Below are positions 46,006 to 56,099 of a DNA stretch of 64,000 nucleotides, piece by piece; position 1 is the first letter of the stretch; every line of letters starts with the position of its first letter. The notes below the pieces were generated by a model, which saw only the letters and a list, made by a program, of their open reading frames with translations, was not told the origin of the DNA and did no database searches. A program made the translations under genes and the position numbers. The stretch comes from a virus, in IMG/VR virus record IMGVR_UViG_3300050821_002122, positions 32,001 through 96,000 of that record. The stretch is one strand, 5' to 3'.

Positions 46006-47763
46006 TTAGCCGCCTCGCGTTGGTGTGTTGGTGGCAAGTCGCTGCTGACGTTCGGCGAATTCGACGTTGACCGTCAAGCTGGCGAGTGAGTTGTAGCGAA
46101 TTGGGACGTCAGCGATCATGTTAGGTGGAGGACCAGCTGGGGTAATGGAACCATTGTCAGTGAACGTCAAAGGGCTCGTAGCTGGTATGGTTGCAAGCAG
46201 ACCAATTGCTCCGGCTTTACGACCCCACACTTTGTAAGTCACGATGTCTTGCAGAGGTGCCCAAGTCAGCAGTACAGCATCAGCAGCGGAATGACCAACT
46301 ACTTGTGGGAACACCCAATTATTCGGCGTACCTTCTTCGCCTGCTGTATTGACTGTGGACACAGAGTAAGCATAGACCAACTCGGTCAAAGTGCCGCCGC
46401 CAACGACGATCTCGTACTCCAGCAAGGGACTCAGCGGAGCGGTGACGATCATTGGATCGATAGGGTTGGTAACTATCACGTAACTTACTGCGCCGTTACC
46501 CGCGACCACACATGCGTTAATGAGGTCCGAGTTGTAGAAGTTCGTCATCAGCAAACCTGGGCGTGGTGCAAACAACTCGCGTAACGCTTCTTCGCAGTTT
46601 GCTTGAATGGTCGAAAGAACCGCCGAATTAAAGCAGTAGACGGTCAGATCGACAACACGTGGTACTGGTATTGGGTCCTGCCACAAGAAACGACATGCGT
46701 ACATCGTCACCGTTTGCAGGTAGGCAAGATAATCACGAATCTGATCTTGCGACCATGCTGTGCTAGTCAGTGCTGATATCCGAATGACATTCATCCACTC
46801 CAACGCCAGCGGATTGATGTCGCGCTGTGCTTGAGTAATCGAATCTATGATACCGCTGTAGACACCTATGGTTGCCAAATACTGGCTCTTCGTGACCGCC
46901 GACGAATAGGTACCGAACGCGCCACTAGACAGATTCTTGTAGGTTTGGATCGGTTGTTCGTCACCACCACCAGTTGGATTACTCAGCACTGTACCACTAA
47001 TGGAACTCATGCCGGTAACAGAGATTGGCTTATTGACCAGCACAAAACTCGTGCCGTCAGTACCTTGGGTAACTACATACTGCACGACGACAGTATCAGT
47101 AATCTGGGGTGTGGTGCCGAACTGTTGACTACCGAAGACTACCAGCAGACGACCATCGGAAGTCGAGATATCGGTGTATGCAGGCAGATCACGGTAATTC
47201 CATAATGTACCAAACGACTTAGGAAGTTGTGTGTCATTGACGAAGACCCGTACGTCTTGATCGGATACCGTGAACGAATCCTCATTCGACAGGAAGGTTT
47301 GGCGTGGTGAACCTAAACCAGACATTGCGAATGTCTGTACTTGACCTTGATTCAGATCGACGGTTAGGGGTACGTTCGCAACCAGATTGATTTGACTACG
47401 GTTGAAATAATACTGACCCGACGCCATAAACTGCGTGAATGGGTCAAGCGTGACATTGACTGTTGAGGTCAGCGACACCTGCATATCTGCTGGTAGCTTG
47501 CGGCCCAGTCGTAGACCTTGCATCTGGGTAATCGAACGCACAGCATCATCCGATTGAGCAGTCTCCGAGAACGAGTCCTCACGTGCCCGTACCAAACGCG
47601 CTTGCATGAATGCCCCAATAGCTGCATTCAATTCGATAAGCGTCTGACTGGTCATGGTCGTCAACTGACCTTGCCACACAGGATTGTTATTCAGATAGGT
47701 ATTGAACTGCGTGGTGAATTGAGAAAAATCCATCGTCAGGTCAGCTAATGATAATGTAGCCAT
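46006..47763 (-). CDS. Baseplate wedge subunit (gp6/baseplate J-like)
   Basis: DFSQF..QF..YL, ETAQSDDAV, GGGDEQPI..YK, AVTKSQY motifs. Confidence 0.8.
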   Translation of the reverse strand: MATLSLADLTMDFSQFTTQFNTYLNNNPVWQGQLTTMTSQTLIELNAAIGAFMQARLVRAREDSFSETAQSDDAVRSITQMQGLRLGRKLPADMQVSLTSTVNVTLDPFTQFMASGQYYFNRSQINLVANVPLTVDLNQGQVQTFAMSGLGSPRQTFLSNEDSFTVSDQDVRVFVNDTQLPKSFGTLWNYRDLPAYTDISTSDGRLLVVFGSQQFGTTPQITDTVVVQYVVTQGTDGTSFVLVNKPISVTGMSSISGTVLSNPTGGGDEQPIQTYKNLSSGAFGTYSSAVTKSQYLATIGVYSGIIDSITQAQRDINPLALEWMNVIRISALTSTAWSQDQIRDYLAYLQTVTMYACRFLWQDPIPVPRVVDLTVYCFNSAVLSTIQANCEEALRELFAPRPGLLMTNFYNSDLINACVVAGNGAVSYVIVTNPIDPMIVTAPLSPLLEYEIVVGGGTLTELVYAYSVSTVNTAGEEGTPNNWVFPQVVGHSAADAVLLTWAPLQDIVTYKVWGRKAGAIGLLATIPATSPLTFTDNGSITPAGPPPNMIADVPIRYNSLASLTVNVEFAERQQRLATNTPTRGG

Positions 47764-47772
47764 TACTACTCC

Positions 47773-48195
47773 TTAAGGCGTGATTACCTCGGCCCAAGTT
47801 GCCGAGATTGGTTGTTTGGTAAGTGAATCAATACCAGCTACGCGAACATAGTAACCGGGTAGATTCAAATCTGCCTTAACGAAAGACTGCGAATAGTCTA
47901 AGACGATACGCGGCTCCCAGCGCGCTATTGCCTGTATCATGACGATCACCATCTTTGCAGCGGTTAGATCGTCAATCGGTTCTTCTAGCATCTGGTACCA
48001 CTCCGAACCGTACTCCGGTTGGAATATCTTGCCACGTGCACCGATCGGGCAATTGAAAAGATTGCGCAAACTTGAATTGGTGATAGACAGTTGATCTGGT
48101 AATCGATCAGGTAGCGGATCGATAGAGACCAACGTGTTGACATCAACCCACGTCGCGCCGGACAAGCTGAGCTGGTACGCTGTTACTGTTGCCAT
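47773..48195 (-). CDS. gp25-like baseplate wedge/sheath initiator
   Basis: SLRNLFNCPIGAR..FQPEYGS, IARWEPRI. Confidence 0.85.
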   Translation of the reverse strand: MATVTAYQLSLSGATWVDVNTLVSIDPLPDRLPDQLSITNSSLRNLFNCPIGARGKIFQPEYGSEWYQMLEEPIDDLTAAKMVIVMIQAIARWEPRIVLDYSQSFVKADLNLPGYYVRVAGIDSLTKQPISATWAEVITP

Positions 48196-48204
48196 CTAAG
48201 CCTC

Positions 48205-48465
48205 CTAATTTGCATTGACGTTCGGGCTGCCGCTAACTATGGTGGCACCGCAACCAGCAGTAGCACCAACGGTTATCGTTTGCCGACCATTTGTTTTGGT
48301 TTGCGCTATTGCGGTCAAGGGTGTTACACCATGGCCACGGATAGGACAGTTATGCATATCACCCTGGCGTGCGACACCGATACCGTTTGCCTTTACGTCG
48401 GACGATGCTGATATGATGGTGCCTCCATGACTTGATGGATCACCTAATCTTGCGACTGCTGACAT
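48205..48465 (-). CDS. PAAR-motif spike tip protein
   Basis: VARLGD, VARQGDMHNCP..GH, GCGA. Confidence 0.9.
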   Translation of the reverse strand: MSAVARLGDPSSHGGTIISASSDVKANGIGVARQGDMHNCPIRGHGVTPLTAIAQTKTNGRQTITVGATAGCGATIVSGSPNVNAN

Positions 48466-48474
48466 GGTTAGTCC

Positions 48475-49179
48475 TTAGTTGAGATTAATAGTTCCGCCGT
48501 GGATGTTGACGCTACCACTTCCCGTTATGTTGACATCGCTGCTTCCCGTGACGTTCACGCTAGCACCGTTGATGGTAATGTCTCCCGTAACACCGATAGT
48601 CAGAGAGCCACTGATGGTCCGTGTCTCATCGCCATCGATGGTGGTCTTCTCGTCACCGCTCACTGTCTGCGTTTCGTCACCGTCGATGGTCGAAGTCGAG
48701 TCACCAGGCACATGGGTAGTTCGATTGCCGTCAACATCATACTTGATGGTCAGACCACTCTGGTGTGTGAACTCCCATGCGCCAGTATCGTAGTTCACGA
48801 ATAGTTCGTTGCCGGCCGGGTCTTTGAAGCCCCACGTTTTAGGGTCTTTAAACTTCGGATTAGCATTAGCTTTGCTATATAGATCAAATTCGGAGATGCC
48901 GTAGTGAGCATTTCCATCTTGGAACTTGATAGCAACTTCGGAACCTACCGCGGGCGAGCCGTAGACACCCCAAGCGGAACCGATGCCGAAAGGGCTTTTC
49001 TTCGCAGGACCGATCCACGGTAGATCACCTTGACCTGGCTCAAACAGATTGGGGATAGATACCTTAATACGTCCAAGACCTTCTGGATCATCGTTGTCTT
49101 CTACCACACCGATTATGTAACCATGGTCAGTGGCATCTTTGGACGCCTGTTCGATACGGTCGTTCAGAGAGTTAAGCAT
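48475..49179 (-). CDS. Central spike (gp5/gpV-like OB fold plus beta-helix), no lysozyme domain
   Basis: DDPEGLGRIKVSIP, P.VGSEV.I.F.DG; TIDGDET repeats. Confidence 0.85.
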   Translation of the reverse strand: MLNSLNDRIEQASKDATDHGYIIGVVEDNDDPEGLGRIKVSIPNLFEPGQGDLPWIGPAKKSPFGIGSAWGVYGSPAVGSEVAIKFQDGNAHYGISEFDLYSKANANPKFKDPKTWGFKDPAGNELFVNYDTGAWEFTHQSGLTIKYDVDGNRTTHVPGDSTSTIDGDETQTVSGDEKTTIDGDETRTISGSLTIGVTGDITINGASVNVTGSSDVNITGSGSVNIHGGTINLN

Positions 49180-49183
49180 CTTA

Positions 49184-50302
49184 TTATCCTTTGTCCGCGT
49201 TGGTTCCGTGCCGCACCAAACCTATCAGTTCGTTGTAGGTAGCACCTTGGATGTACAAGGCACGTGCGGCTACAGTGTATGTACCGCTGTTGATCTTATC
49301 GACCGACGTATCTTCTTTCTGAACCGAAAAATCGATCTGCTCAAACATTCCGATCTCGGTGGGCATTTGCAATAGCGCGTCGAGGCCGAAGTTGAACAGA
49401 TTCATATACCGCAGATTCTGGTACAGAGCTTTTTCGTATTGCTCATGCACGTTACCAACATCTATTGGCCCGAAGCGAACAGCACCACGTGCCATTTGAT
49501 CCTTGAGGTCCTGGTTATAAAGAGGACTGGTCACGTCCGGCGTGAACGTCAGATTCTCTATGGAGGTTTGTGTATCGTCACCAACCGTTGACTGCACGTA
49601 CCGCATATTGTTATAGCCAGTAACCGCATTATTGAAACCACTGACCGTCTTCGATTTGAAGTCCACCGCAGTATATGACTGCTTGGAATACTGGTAGGCC
49701 ACAATACTCTTTGTAGGTGCATCGAGGTCGTTCAGATTCTTGTAAACCAGCGTGTTATCCAAGTCTACGGCCAGCGCCATACAAGAGGTGTCGTCAACAT
49801 AACCAGCACCAGCTATAGCCTTAGCCCAAGCACGATAGAGTTTGTTCTGTGGCAGCCATAGCTGACTGTCACCAGTGTCAGTACCGTCATAATCCAAACC
49901 ACAGGCGTCAGCGATTTGACTAAGTGCGTCATCGCTGGTTCCTTTGATAGGTGTACTGGTACTGGAGTTCCAATATAGGGGCGCCTTCCAGTACCCAAAT
50001 ATGGTGTATGTGTAGGAACCACCGCTCTGTTCCTTGCGTGATGTGAACAGCAAGAAGTTATAGGTCGTCGCGTTCTTACCTATGGCCTTTATGACTACCC
50101 TGATAGGGATACCGTCCTTCAGACCAATAACCTCCATCAGACCCTGCACATCGGTGATTTGCATCGAGAGCAAAGGTACACTACCGCGAGCAGTGGTCAC
50201 GATGTGCATGCTGTTCAACAGGTTTACGGCACCCAGTGGATACTCTAAATCATTGAGGTATACCGAGACCTCAAGCTGATTCAGTAATAGGAAGGCCGTC
50301 AT
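49184..50302 (-). CDS. Baseplate hub (gp27/late control D-like)
   Basis: 372 aa, position beside spike, size and beta-rich pattern. Confidence 0.55.
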   Translation of the reverse strand: MTAFLLLNQLEVSVYLNDLEYPLGAVNLLNSMHIVTTARGSVPLLSMQITDVQGLMEVIGLKDGIPIRVVIKAIGKNATTYNFLLFTSRKEQSGGSYTYTIFGYWKAPLYWNSSTSTPIKGTSDDALSQIADACGLDYDGTDTGDSQLWLPQNKLYRAWAKAIAGAGYVDDTSCMALAVDLDNTLVYKNLNDLDAPTKSIVAYQYSKQSYTAVDFKSKTVSGFNNAVTGYNNMRYVQSTVGDDTQTSIENLTFTPDVTSPLYNQDLKDQMARGAVRFGPIDVGNVHEQYEKALYQNLRYMNLFNFGLDALLQMPTEIGMFEQIDFSVQKEDTSVDKINSGTYTVAARALYIQGATYNELIGLVRHGTNADKG

Positions 50303-50634
50303 ATAGTGAACGAAGCCGACTGGCTCGCCTGCTGTGCGCTGATGTACTTGATGACATCAGACTTACTGGGGACTTGCAAGATGACACCAGGTACCACCTC
50401 CTGAATCGCATCCTCAAAACCGTTGTAAGCCAATAGAATACGCCACAAACTCACGTCACCGTAGAGGCGAAATGCTATACCTGGCAGATTGGCCATATCC
50501 GATTCGTTGATTGGATACGTACCTGTTGGGGACATTGCAAAGCGGATATTCTTGTAACCACTTCGGAATATCGAGTATTCCGAACCTGTATTGTCTACAG
50601 GAGTATGTGCCGAATAGTCGAAATCTGTACTCAT
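50299..50634 (-). CDS. gp53/LysM-like baseplate protein
   Basis: LPGIAFRLYGDVSLWRILLAYN...PG..LQVPS. Confidence 0.75.
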   Translation of the reverse strand: MSTDFDYSAHTPVDNTGSEYSIFRSGYKNIRFAMSPTGTYPINESDMANLPGIAFRLYGDVSLWRILLAYNGFEDAIQEVVPGVILQVPSKSDVIKYISAQQASQSASFTI

Positions 50635-51440
50635 GATTGGCTCGCAAATATTTTGATAATGTCATCTTGCGTCAAAACTGTCAGAGGCGCAAAACGCACT
50701 GACACCTTTACGTGGTATGGTATGCCTGTCTGCGCATCAAGTTCGTTGTCGTAGGTTTTCTGTACATTCTTGATGACCACCGAATCAAAGAATGCGTAAC
50801 GTCCTATCCTGACCGATATCTGATTGCTGATCTTGCCTTTCCAAAAATCTGCGCCACCGGCACCAGCTTGAGCAGTAGGTGGCGTATTAGATGCCCCGCT
50901 GCTACTAATGTTCGCGTTCTCTGCATTCATTGTGCCAGGTTTTGCGTTCGGGAAGTTCTGCGCAGCAGTTGCTACCTGACTCGCGCTGTTAGTCAACTGG
51001 TTACCCAATGCGCTCAAGATTGCTGCCGTATCGCCTAGATCGATCCGAGGGCCTGGTGACTTCAACATACCGGTAGTGGGATCAATCGATGGTGCAGTTA
51101 AGCGCAGGAGATTCAGCACCGGTTGAATGACATCGGTTTGTGGGTCAGTGTCCGAATAGAAATCGAAGTCCAGCATCAGATCACTTTCATTCGATCCTTG
51201 CCATATTTGGGCGGTCAACGCCTGAGCCGTCAGCCGTTTACCGTTTACGGCAGCGATTTGTGCAAGCGCGCCGCTACCGTTAAACAGACCCTGCGCGAAT
51301 GGTGTAGCGTAGTCAGCCGAGCTATCGAAGGCAAAGCTCTCCGGCAGATTGGCGGTCACTGTTATACCGGTCGATCCAGCGACACTCGGGTCTGCTGCCT
51401 GCTTGATAATTACCAAGTAGTCTGGATTAGTGTTAGCCAT
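50631..51440 (-). CDS. Tail tube initiator/cap-like protein (gp48/gp54-like)
   Basis: QIWQGS...LDFDF, RIGRY.F..VVIKNV, VKVSVRF pattern; synteny. Confidence 0.5.
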   Translation of the reverse strand: MANTNPDYLVIIKQAADPSVAGSTGITVTANLPESFAFDSSADYATPFAQGLFNGSGALAQIAAVNGKRLTAQALTAQIWQGSNESDLMLDFDFYSDTDPQTDVIQPVLNLLRLTAPSIDPTTGMLKSPGPRIDLGDTAAILSALGNQLTNSASQVATAAQNFPNAKPGTMNAENANISSSGASNTPPTAQAGAGGADFWKGKISNQISVRIGRYAFFDSVVIKNVQKTYDNELDAQTGIPYHVKVSVRFAPLTVLTQDDIIKIFASQS

Positions 51441-52879
51441 TAGGTTGCTCCGATGATTGTTTTGCCGCCACCACGCACGAGTGTGCGCTCTGGGTTGCTA
51501 TCTGGTACTAAGCTTGCTTGCTGCTGTTGCGGTGTTTTAGTTACTTGCGTTGGAGCTGCGGATGCAATGGCAGTACCATCTTTATACTTCAGGTCAGTCG
51601 GTGATATGACCGTGGACGCATTGGCCTCTTCGTACATGACGTTGAACCTGCCTTTTTGATAGACCAAGAACTGTGCAGCACTTTGACCTGCAAGCATACC
51701 ATTCTGCCGCATTGCCTTCAGTGTAGTAGCAGATGCAGGTTTACCAAGCATCACATCGATAATACCCGGGCCGATGTTGTGCATCATGTACAGGTTCTCA
51801 CCAGTCAACGGCAATCCATTTTTCTTCAGCAGCAGTGCGTTGTTACGTGCGAGTAGGCCAGTGGCCAACGTATTAATTCGTTTGTCACGACGTGGGTCCT
51901 CCGGTGTCCTGAATCTCTTACCAATGACCGTCATCCCGATTTTCTTACCAGCGTCAGTATTTGCTAAACCATCCCAAGTGGATTGAATGAATTGACCAGC
52001 ACCGATAGCACCCGTCGGAGACATGTCACCAGACCAACCAGCCTCCATTTTGATGAAGCCACGAAGAATGTCCTCTGGTATGTTGTACATCTTGGACGCT
52101 TCCTTAATGTAGGCGTCCTCATCGGCACCGAAGCCGGCGAATTTCTTTTTCAATTTGGAGTACAGCTTTTTGGTCGATTCGATTGGTGCAGTTACATACT
52201 CACTGAGCGACGGTGCCTCCTCCTCAGCCACCATCTTCTTGACCGATGCTGGACGGCTAACTGCGTATTCAGCAGATACTGGAGTAGCTACAGGTATAGG
52301 CATTCCTTCACCAACCTGTAGGGGTTCCGCAGCGCCTCGTAGATCAACGTCCTTCTTTGGTGGCTCTACTGCTTGCTCCCTGAAGAATTTATTCCATACC
52401 CAGTATGCACCTCCACCAATAGCTAACGCTGCAAAGATAGCGGCAGTCACCGGGTTGGCTACGGCCAATGCCACCACAAACTCTATCGCAGGTACTATGA
52501 CGTATTCCATTACAGCCGTAAGTACAGTGCGGACAAGATTCATCGCCATGCGAACGGCAAATCTGATGATAGGTTTAACCACCATCTTGAAGATTTTCTT
52601 TGCACCCCACTTCAGAGCCTTACCGATAATCTTACCTAACAACTTCATGATAGGACTACCGGTCTCTTGTTCCTCAGACGTATCACGTTCATCGACCTTT
52701 TGAATCAATGCTTTCAGCAATATTTCGGCTTCAGCCTGCGCGGCTTTTTGCTTGCGCTTTTTCTGTACCAAAGCAGCCAGTTTACCGCTGATGGTACTTA
52801 TGCGAGCCCCTTCCCGTATCGCATCTAACAATGCAAGTTTGGGAAGAGGCTCTTGAAACCTACTCATTGCATAAGTCAT
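51440..52879 (-). CDS. Tape-measure-associated protein with lytic transglycosylase domain
   Basis: Hydrophobic helical N-terminus; ILRGFIKMEAG, AIGAGQFIQSTW, YMMHNIGPG. Confidence 0.75.
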   Translation of the reverse strand: MTYAMSRFQEPLPKLALLDAIREGARISTISGKLAALVQKKRKQKAAQAEAEILLKALIQKVDERDTSEEQETGSPIMKLLGKIIGKALKWGAKKIFKMVVKPIIRFAVRMAMNLVRTVLTAVMEYVIVPAIEFVVALAVANPVTAAIFAALAIGGGAYWVWNKFFREQAVEPPKKDVDLRGAAEPLQVGEGMPIPVATPVSAEYAVSRPASVKKMVAEEEAPSLSEYVTAPIESTKKLYSKLKKKFAGFGADEDAYIKEASKMYNIPEDILRGFIKMEAGWSGDMSPTGAIGAGQFIQSTWDGLANTDAGKKIGMTVIGKRFRTPEDPRRDKRINTLATGLLARNNALLLKKNGLPLTGENLYMMHNIGPGIIDVMLGKPASATTLKAMRQNGMLAGQSAAQFLVYQKGRFNVMYEEANASTVISPTDLKYKDGTAIASAAPTQVTKTPQQQQASLVPDSNPERTLVRGGGKTIIGAT

Positions 52880-54687
52880 GATATGAGGCCCATGTTGAGA
52901 ATGTTCAGCGAGTCATCAGCGCTTTGGAACCCGAAGGAACCTAAGCTTGCCACACCAGGTGATGTACCGGAACCATTCTGTTTATCAGCACCACCCGGTG
53001 CCTGAGCAGGTGCAGGTGGAGCTACCGACACACCTTCTTTGTAGGTCAGTGGTTTGTCTGTCACTATTTGTGTCGTATCCTTCGGAGCTGCGGCGGATGA
53101 ACTGCTCAACACCGCCTCAGGGCTTGGACCTTGCAGAGTAGTCGAGGTGGTACCAGCAGTTGGCGTAGCCGTAGTACCTCCAGGGGCTGATGCTGCACCT
53201 GGTGCCGTAACCAACTTCTTAACGTCCGTTGGATTGGAACCAACACTCTTGTCACCACCAATAGGCGGTGCCATAGGTATGGTTGTCGGTGGTGGTGCCG
53301 ATGCACCAGTGCTTTTACCATTAGACGAGATCACCGTTTGATAGTTAGCCAACTGACCTTGCAGAATTTGCAGACGCTGATTCAAATGACTCACCCGAAT
53401 CTTGTTGCGATCTGACGGGTCTTTCTGCAAATCCTTTTGGGCTTCAAGAATAAGGTTCTTAGTGCCTTTTATCTTGTCCTGTATGTCAGGTATAGCCTTC
53501 TTTGCATCGGCTACCGTAGTGTTAGTCGGTATTGCAGATTCTTTTGCTACCGATGCTGCTATGGTGGCCTGTCCTTCTTTGGTAGCAGTTTTCGCTGCCG
53601 TCTTTTTCACATCCTCATTGTTCATCGAGAACGCATCTTTGATTTTCTTGACCACCCAATCTAAGACTTGGCTACCGCCATCTTTGATTTCTTTCCATGT
53701 GTTCGCCATGAAGGTTTCTATGGTATCGAAATTGAGGTACTTCGATACCGCAGCAGTGACTGTAGCGATCAGCTGGGGATTGGTCAAAGCGAGCAGCAAT
53801 ATCTTGCCTATGGGTCCAAATATCTTACCTAATAGCGATGACACCTTAGATGCCTTGCTCTTTGCTTTGTCGAATTTATCGCCAAAGAAGTTGCGCAGCT
53901 TACGTAACCAGGTTTCAGACTTTTTGTCCTCATCCTCTGGGTCTTCCTTTTTGGTGATCTTCGCCCAGCCATCGACAACCGCATCTCGCATTTGACCCAA
54001 TGTAGTCTTGACGTAAGCAGCGGTAATAGTTGCAGCGTGTGGCGTCTTCTTGATTGCAGCCAACGCATTGCGAGAGAGACCACGCAGTGTGTTGGGAGCA
54101 TCTTTTGCCTTCTGCATCGCTACATGCTTCAGGTCACGAAACCGCTCGCTCAAACTACGGTTAGTCTTTTCAGGAATAGCCGCTAGTTCGTGTTTCAGAT
54201 CGTCAAGCTTTCGCTGAGTTTCTGCATCATCTGGCGTAGCAGGTTCTACCTTCTCAGCCGCTTGGGGTTCAGCCGGCGGTCGCTTCTGAAGTACGCGACT
54301 TATGGCAGTCGCGCGCTCATCGCTCTTTACCGACTCTTCGTCGAATCGATCTTGTACAGCGCCCAGTATATCCTCGCTCGCTGCCTGAAGTACCTTCTGG
54401 AAAGTCTGCTTGAACAGACGATCCTGTGCCTTAGGCGTGAGTGGACGCTTACCAATAGCAATACGGTCGGCATTCATCTTGTCGATGATCGCATCGGCAG
54501 TAGCCTCTGCGCTGTGTATGCCTTCCTTGAATGCCTCACCGGCAAGTTCATGCTGCGACTCAACGAGCTTGGTCAACGATTCGATATCGCTAGGCGTAGC
54601 CGTACCGCTAAGCATCTTATCAATGGTAACCGATCCTTTGTCTTGGAGCGATTCCCATTTGTTCTTTTCATTCGCTGTTTTGAACAT
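52876..54687 (-). CDS. Tape measure-like protein
   Basis: 603 aa, helical, central hydrophobic segment, directly downstream of chaperone/frameshift pair. Confidence 0.6.
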   Translation of the reverse strand: MFKTANEKNKWESLQDKGSVTIDKMLSGTATPSDIESLTKLVESQHELAGEAFKEGIHSAEATADAIIDKMNADRIAIGKRPLTPKAQDRLFKQTFQKVLQAASEDILGAVQDRFDEESVKSDERATAISRVLQKRPPAEPQAAEKVEPATPDDAETQRKLDDLKHELAAIPEKTNRSLSERFRDLKHVAMQKAKDAPNTLRGLSRNALAAIKKTPHAATITAAYVKTTLGQMRDAVVDGWAKITKKEDPEDEDKKSETWLRKLRNFFGDKFDKAKSKASKVSSLLGKIFGPIGKILLLALTNPQLIATVTAAVSKYLNFDTIETFMANTWKEIKDGGSQVLDWVVKKIKDAFSMNNEDVKKTAAKTATKEGQATIAASVAKESAIPTNTTVADAKKAIPDIQDKIKGTKNLILEAQKDLQKDPSDRNKIRVSHLNQRLQILQGQLANYQTVISSNGKSTGASAPPPTTIPMAPPIGGDKSVGSNPTDVKKLVTAPGAASAPGGTTATPTAGTTSTTLQGPSPEAVLSSSSAAAPKDTTQIVTDKPLTYKEGVSVAPPAPAQAPGGADKQNGSGTSPGVASLGSFGFQSADDSLNILNMGLIS

Positions 54688-54690
54688 GGT

Positions 54691-54855
54691 TTAGCCTATG
54701 TAGGTTTTCCCATCGGATGCTGCTTTGAACCTGTCGCTTCGGCGTTTCTCGGCTACCGCAGCCAAATGCATTAGAGTCTTGACCGGCAGGTTCTCGTCAG
54801 GTATGCAGTGGAACTCGGACGCAATGAGTGAATATAGGTCCATAATCTGACTCAT
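54691..54855 (-). CDS. 54-aa ORF in the -1 frame of the chaperone (gpT-like); not in ORF track
   Basis: MSQIMDLYSLIASEFHCIPDENLPVKTLMHLAAVAEKRRSDRFKAASDGKTYIG; no SD; ATG lies inside a stem. Confidence 0.7.
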   Translation of the reverse strand: MSQIMDLYSLIASEFHCIPDENLPVKTLMHLAAVAEKRRSDRFKAASDGKTYIG

Positions 54856-54873
54856 TGCGGTTAGTGGAAAAAA
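54820..54873 (-). promoter_or_regulatory. Programmed -1 ribosomal frameshift signal
   Basis: In-frame T TTT TTC (54873-54867), spacer CACTAAC, stem CGCAATGAGT/ACTCATTGCG (54859-54850 and 54829-54820). Confidence 0.75.
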
Positions 54874-56072
54874 GAGTTGACGTCAATCACCACAGTATCT
54901 TTGCGCACGGTACCACAACCTTTGCAGGTAACACGCAATGTCTCTTTGACGCCATACTCCGTGATGGCTTTCTCGTAGGCCAAAATGGTCTCGATGTCTT
55001 CCGCACTCATCTCCATCACGATATTGCAGCGTTCCACCAGCGACATCCGGTCATTGCCGATTGGGCGAATATAGCACGCCTTCTCTGCCAAGAAACGGAA
55101 GTCAGCATCGATGAAGTTCGGGTGGTCCGTCATCTCGATGGCATCTTTCATCGTCGCCACCTTTAATTCAACACCTTGACATTCCAGTGTGAACTGCGAC
55201 AGGTCTGGTACAGTGGTTAGGAAGGTCTCTTCCAGAACACCCTTCTTGATGATCTCAGTGTGCTTCAACGATTCTACCAGTTTCGTTCCAGCCACCACAT
55301 CCTTCAAATGCTGTTCGTTGGTGCAGCTCGACGTATGCAGATAGGATGTTTTGGTGTAGCTGTTGATGCGCAGCCAGTACAGGATGTAGTAGAAGTCTGG
55401 GACCGTCAACTGGAATGCCAGATTGGCATGACCTTCAGGCGTACTCAGTACCGAGCTAACGGTCTCAGCAGTGTATAGCAAGCTACCTTCTTCATGCGCA
55501 CGGCTCAACTTCGACAGGTGGTAGCCACGGAATGGCCGTACATACAAGGCCTTGAAGTCGTAGAATGCATAGTTACTAGGCAGGCTGATGGGTACTGCCT
55601 CGACTTCGGTTACCGGAGTAGTGAACGACGGCACCACAACAGGAATCTGGCCCTCCGGTATCTGTACGGCAGCCGCCATAGGCTGGGCTGCGATACGATT
55701 TGAAGTACCACCACCGTAGTAAGCTGCGCCACCCGTGCCACTACCTGAAGCACCAGACATACCTCCGGTGCCGAAGTTACCGGATGCGCCACTACCTGAA
55801 GTACCAGACGTACCTCCACCATGTCCTGCTGCTACTCCACCACGCCCACCAGATATAGAACCTGCGCTATCGGTTGCACCAATTACTCCAGCCGGCATAG
55901 AGTAATTGGTCTGCATGTCACGACCGCTCATACGAGCTTGTGCGCGTGCTTGGGCATCAGGATGATGTGGGCTCTCGTAACGTTCTGCTTTTTCTTTTCT
56001 GCGTGCTTCACCAGCTGCGACACGTTCTGCTGGGAATGCCATGTAGTCAGTGCGTGATTCTTCGTTTGCCAT
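54861..56072 (-). CDS. Tail assembly chaperone (T4 gp26-like core) with Gly/Ser-rich N-terminal extension
   Basis: ISLPS...VRPF, PDFYYILYWLRINS, C-terminal TCKGC; ends in slippery site upstream of tape measure. Confidence 0.65.
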   Translation of the reverse strand: MANEESRTDYMAFPAERVAAGEARRKEKAERYESPHHPDAQARAQARMSGRDMQTNYSMPAGVIGATDSAGSISGGRGGVAAGHGGGTSGTSGSGASGNFGTGGMSGASGSGTGGAAYYGGGTSNRIAAQPMAAAVQIPEGQIPVVVPSFTTPVTEVEAVPISLPSNYAFYDFKALYVRPFRGYHLSKLSRAHEEGSLLYTAETVSSVLSTPEGHANLAFQLTVPDFYYILYWLRINSYTKTSYLHTSSCTNEQHLKDVVAGTKLVESLKHTEIIKKGVLEETFLTTVPDLSQFTLECQGVELKVATMKDAIEMTDHPNFIDADFRFLAEKACYIRPIGNDRMSLVERCNIVMEMSAEDIETILAYEKAITEYGVKETLRVTCKGCGTVRKDTVVIDVNSFFH

Positions 56073-56099
56073 GATGATCTCTATGTGGGTTAAACATGT

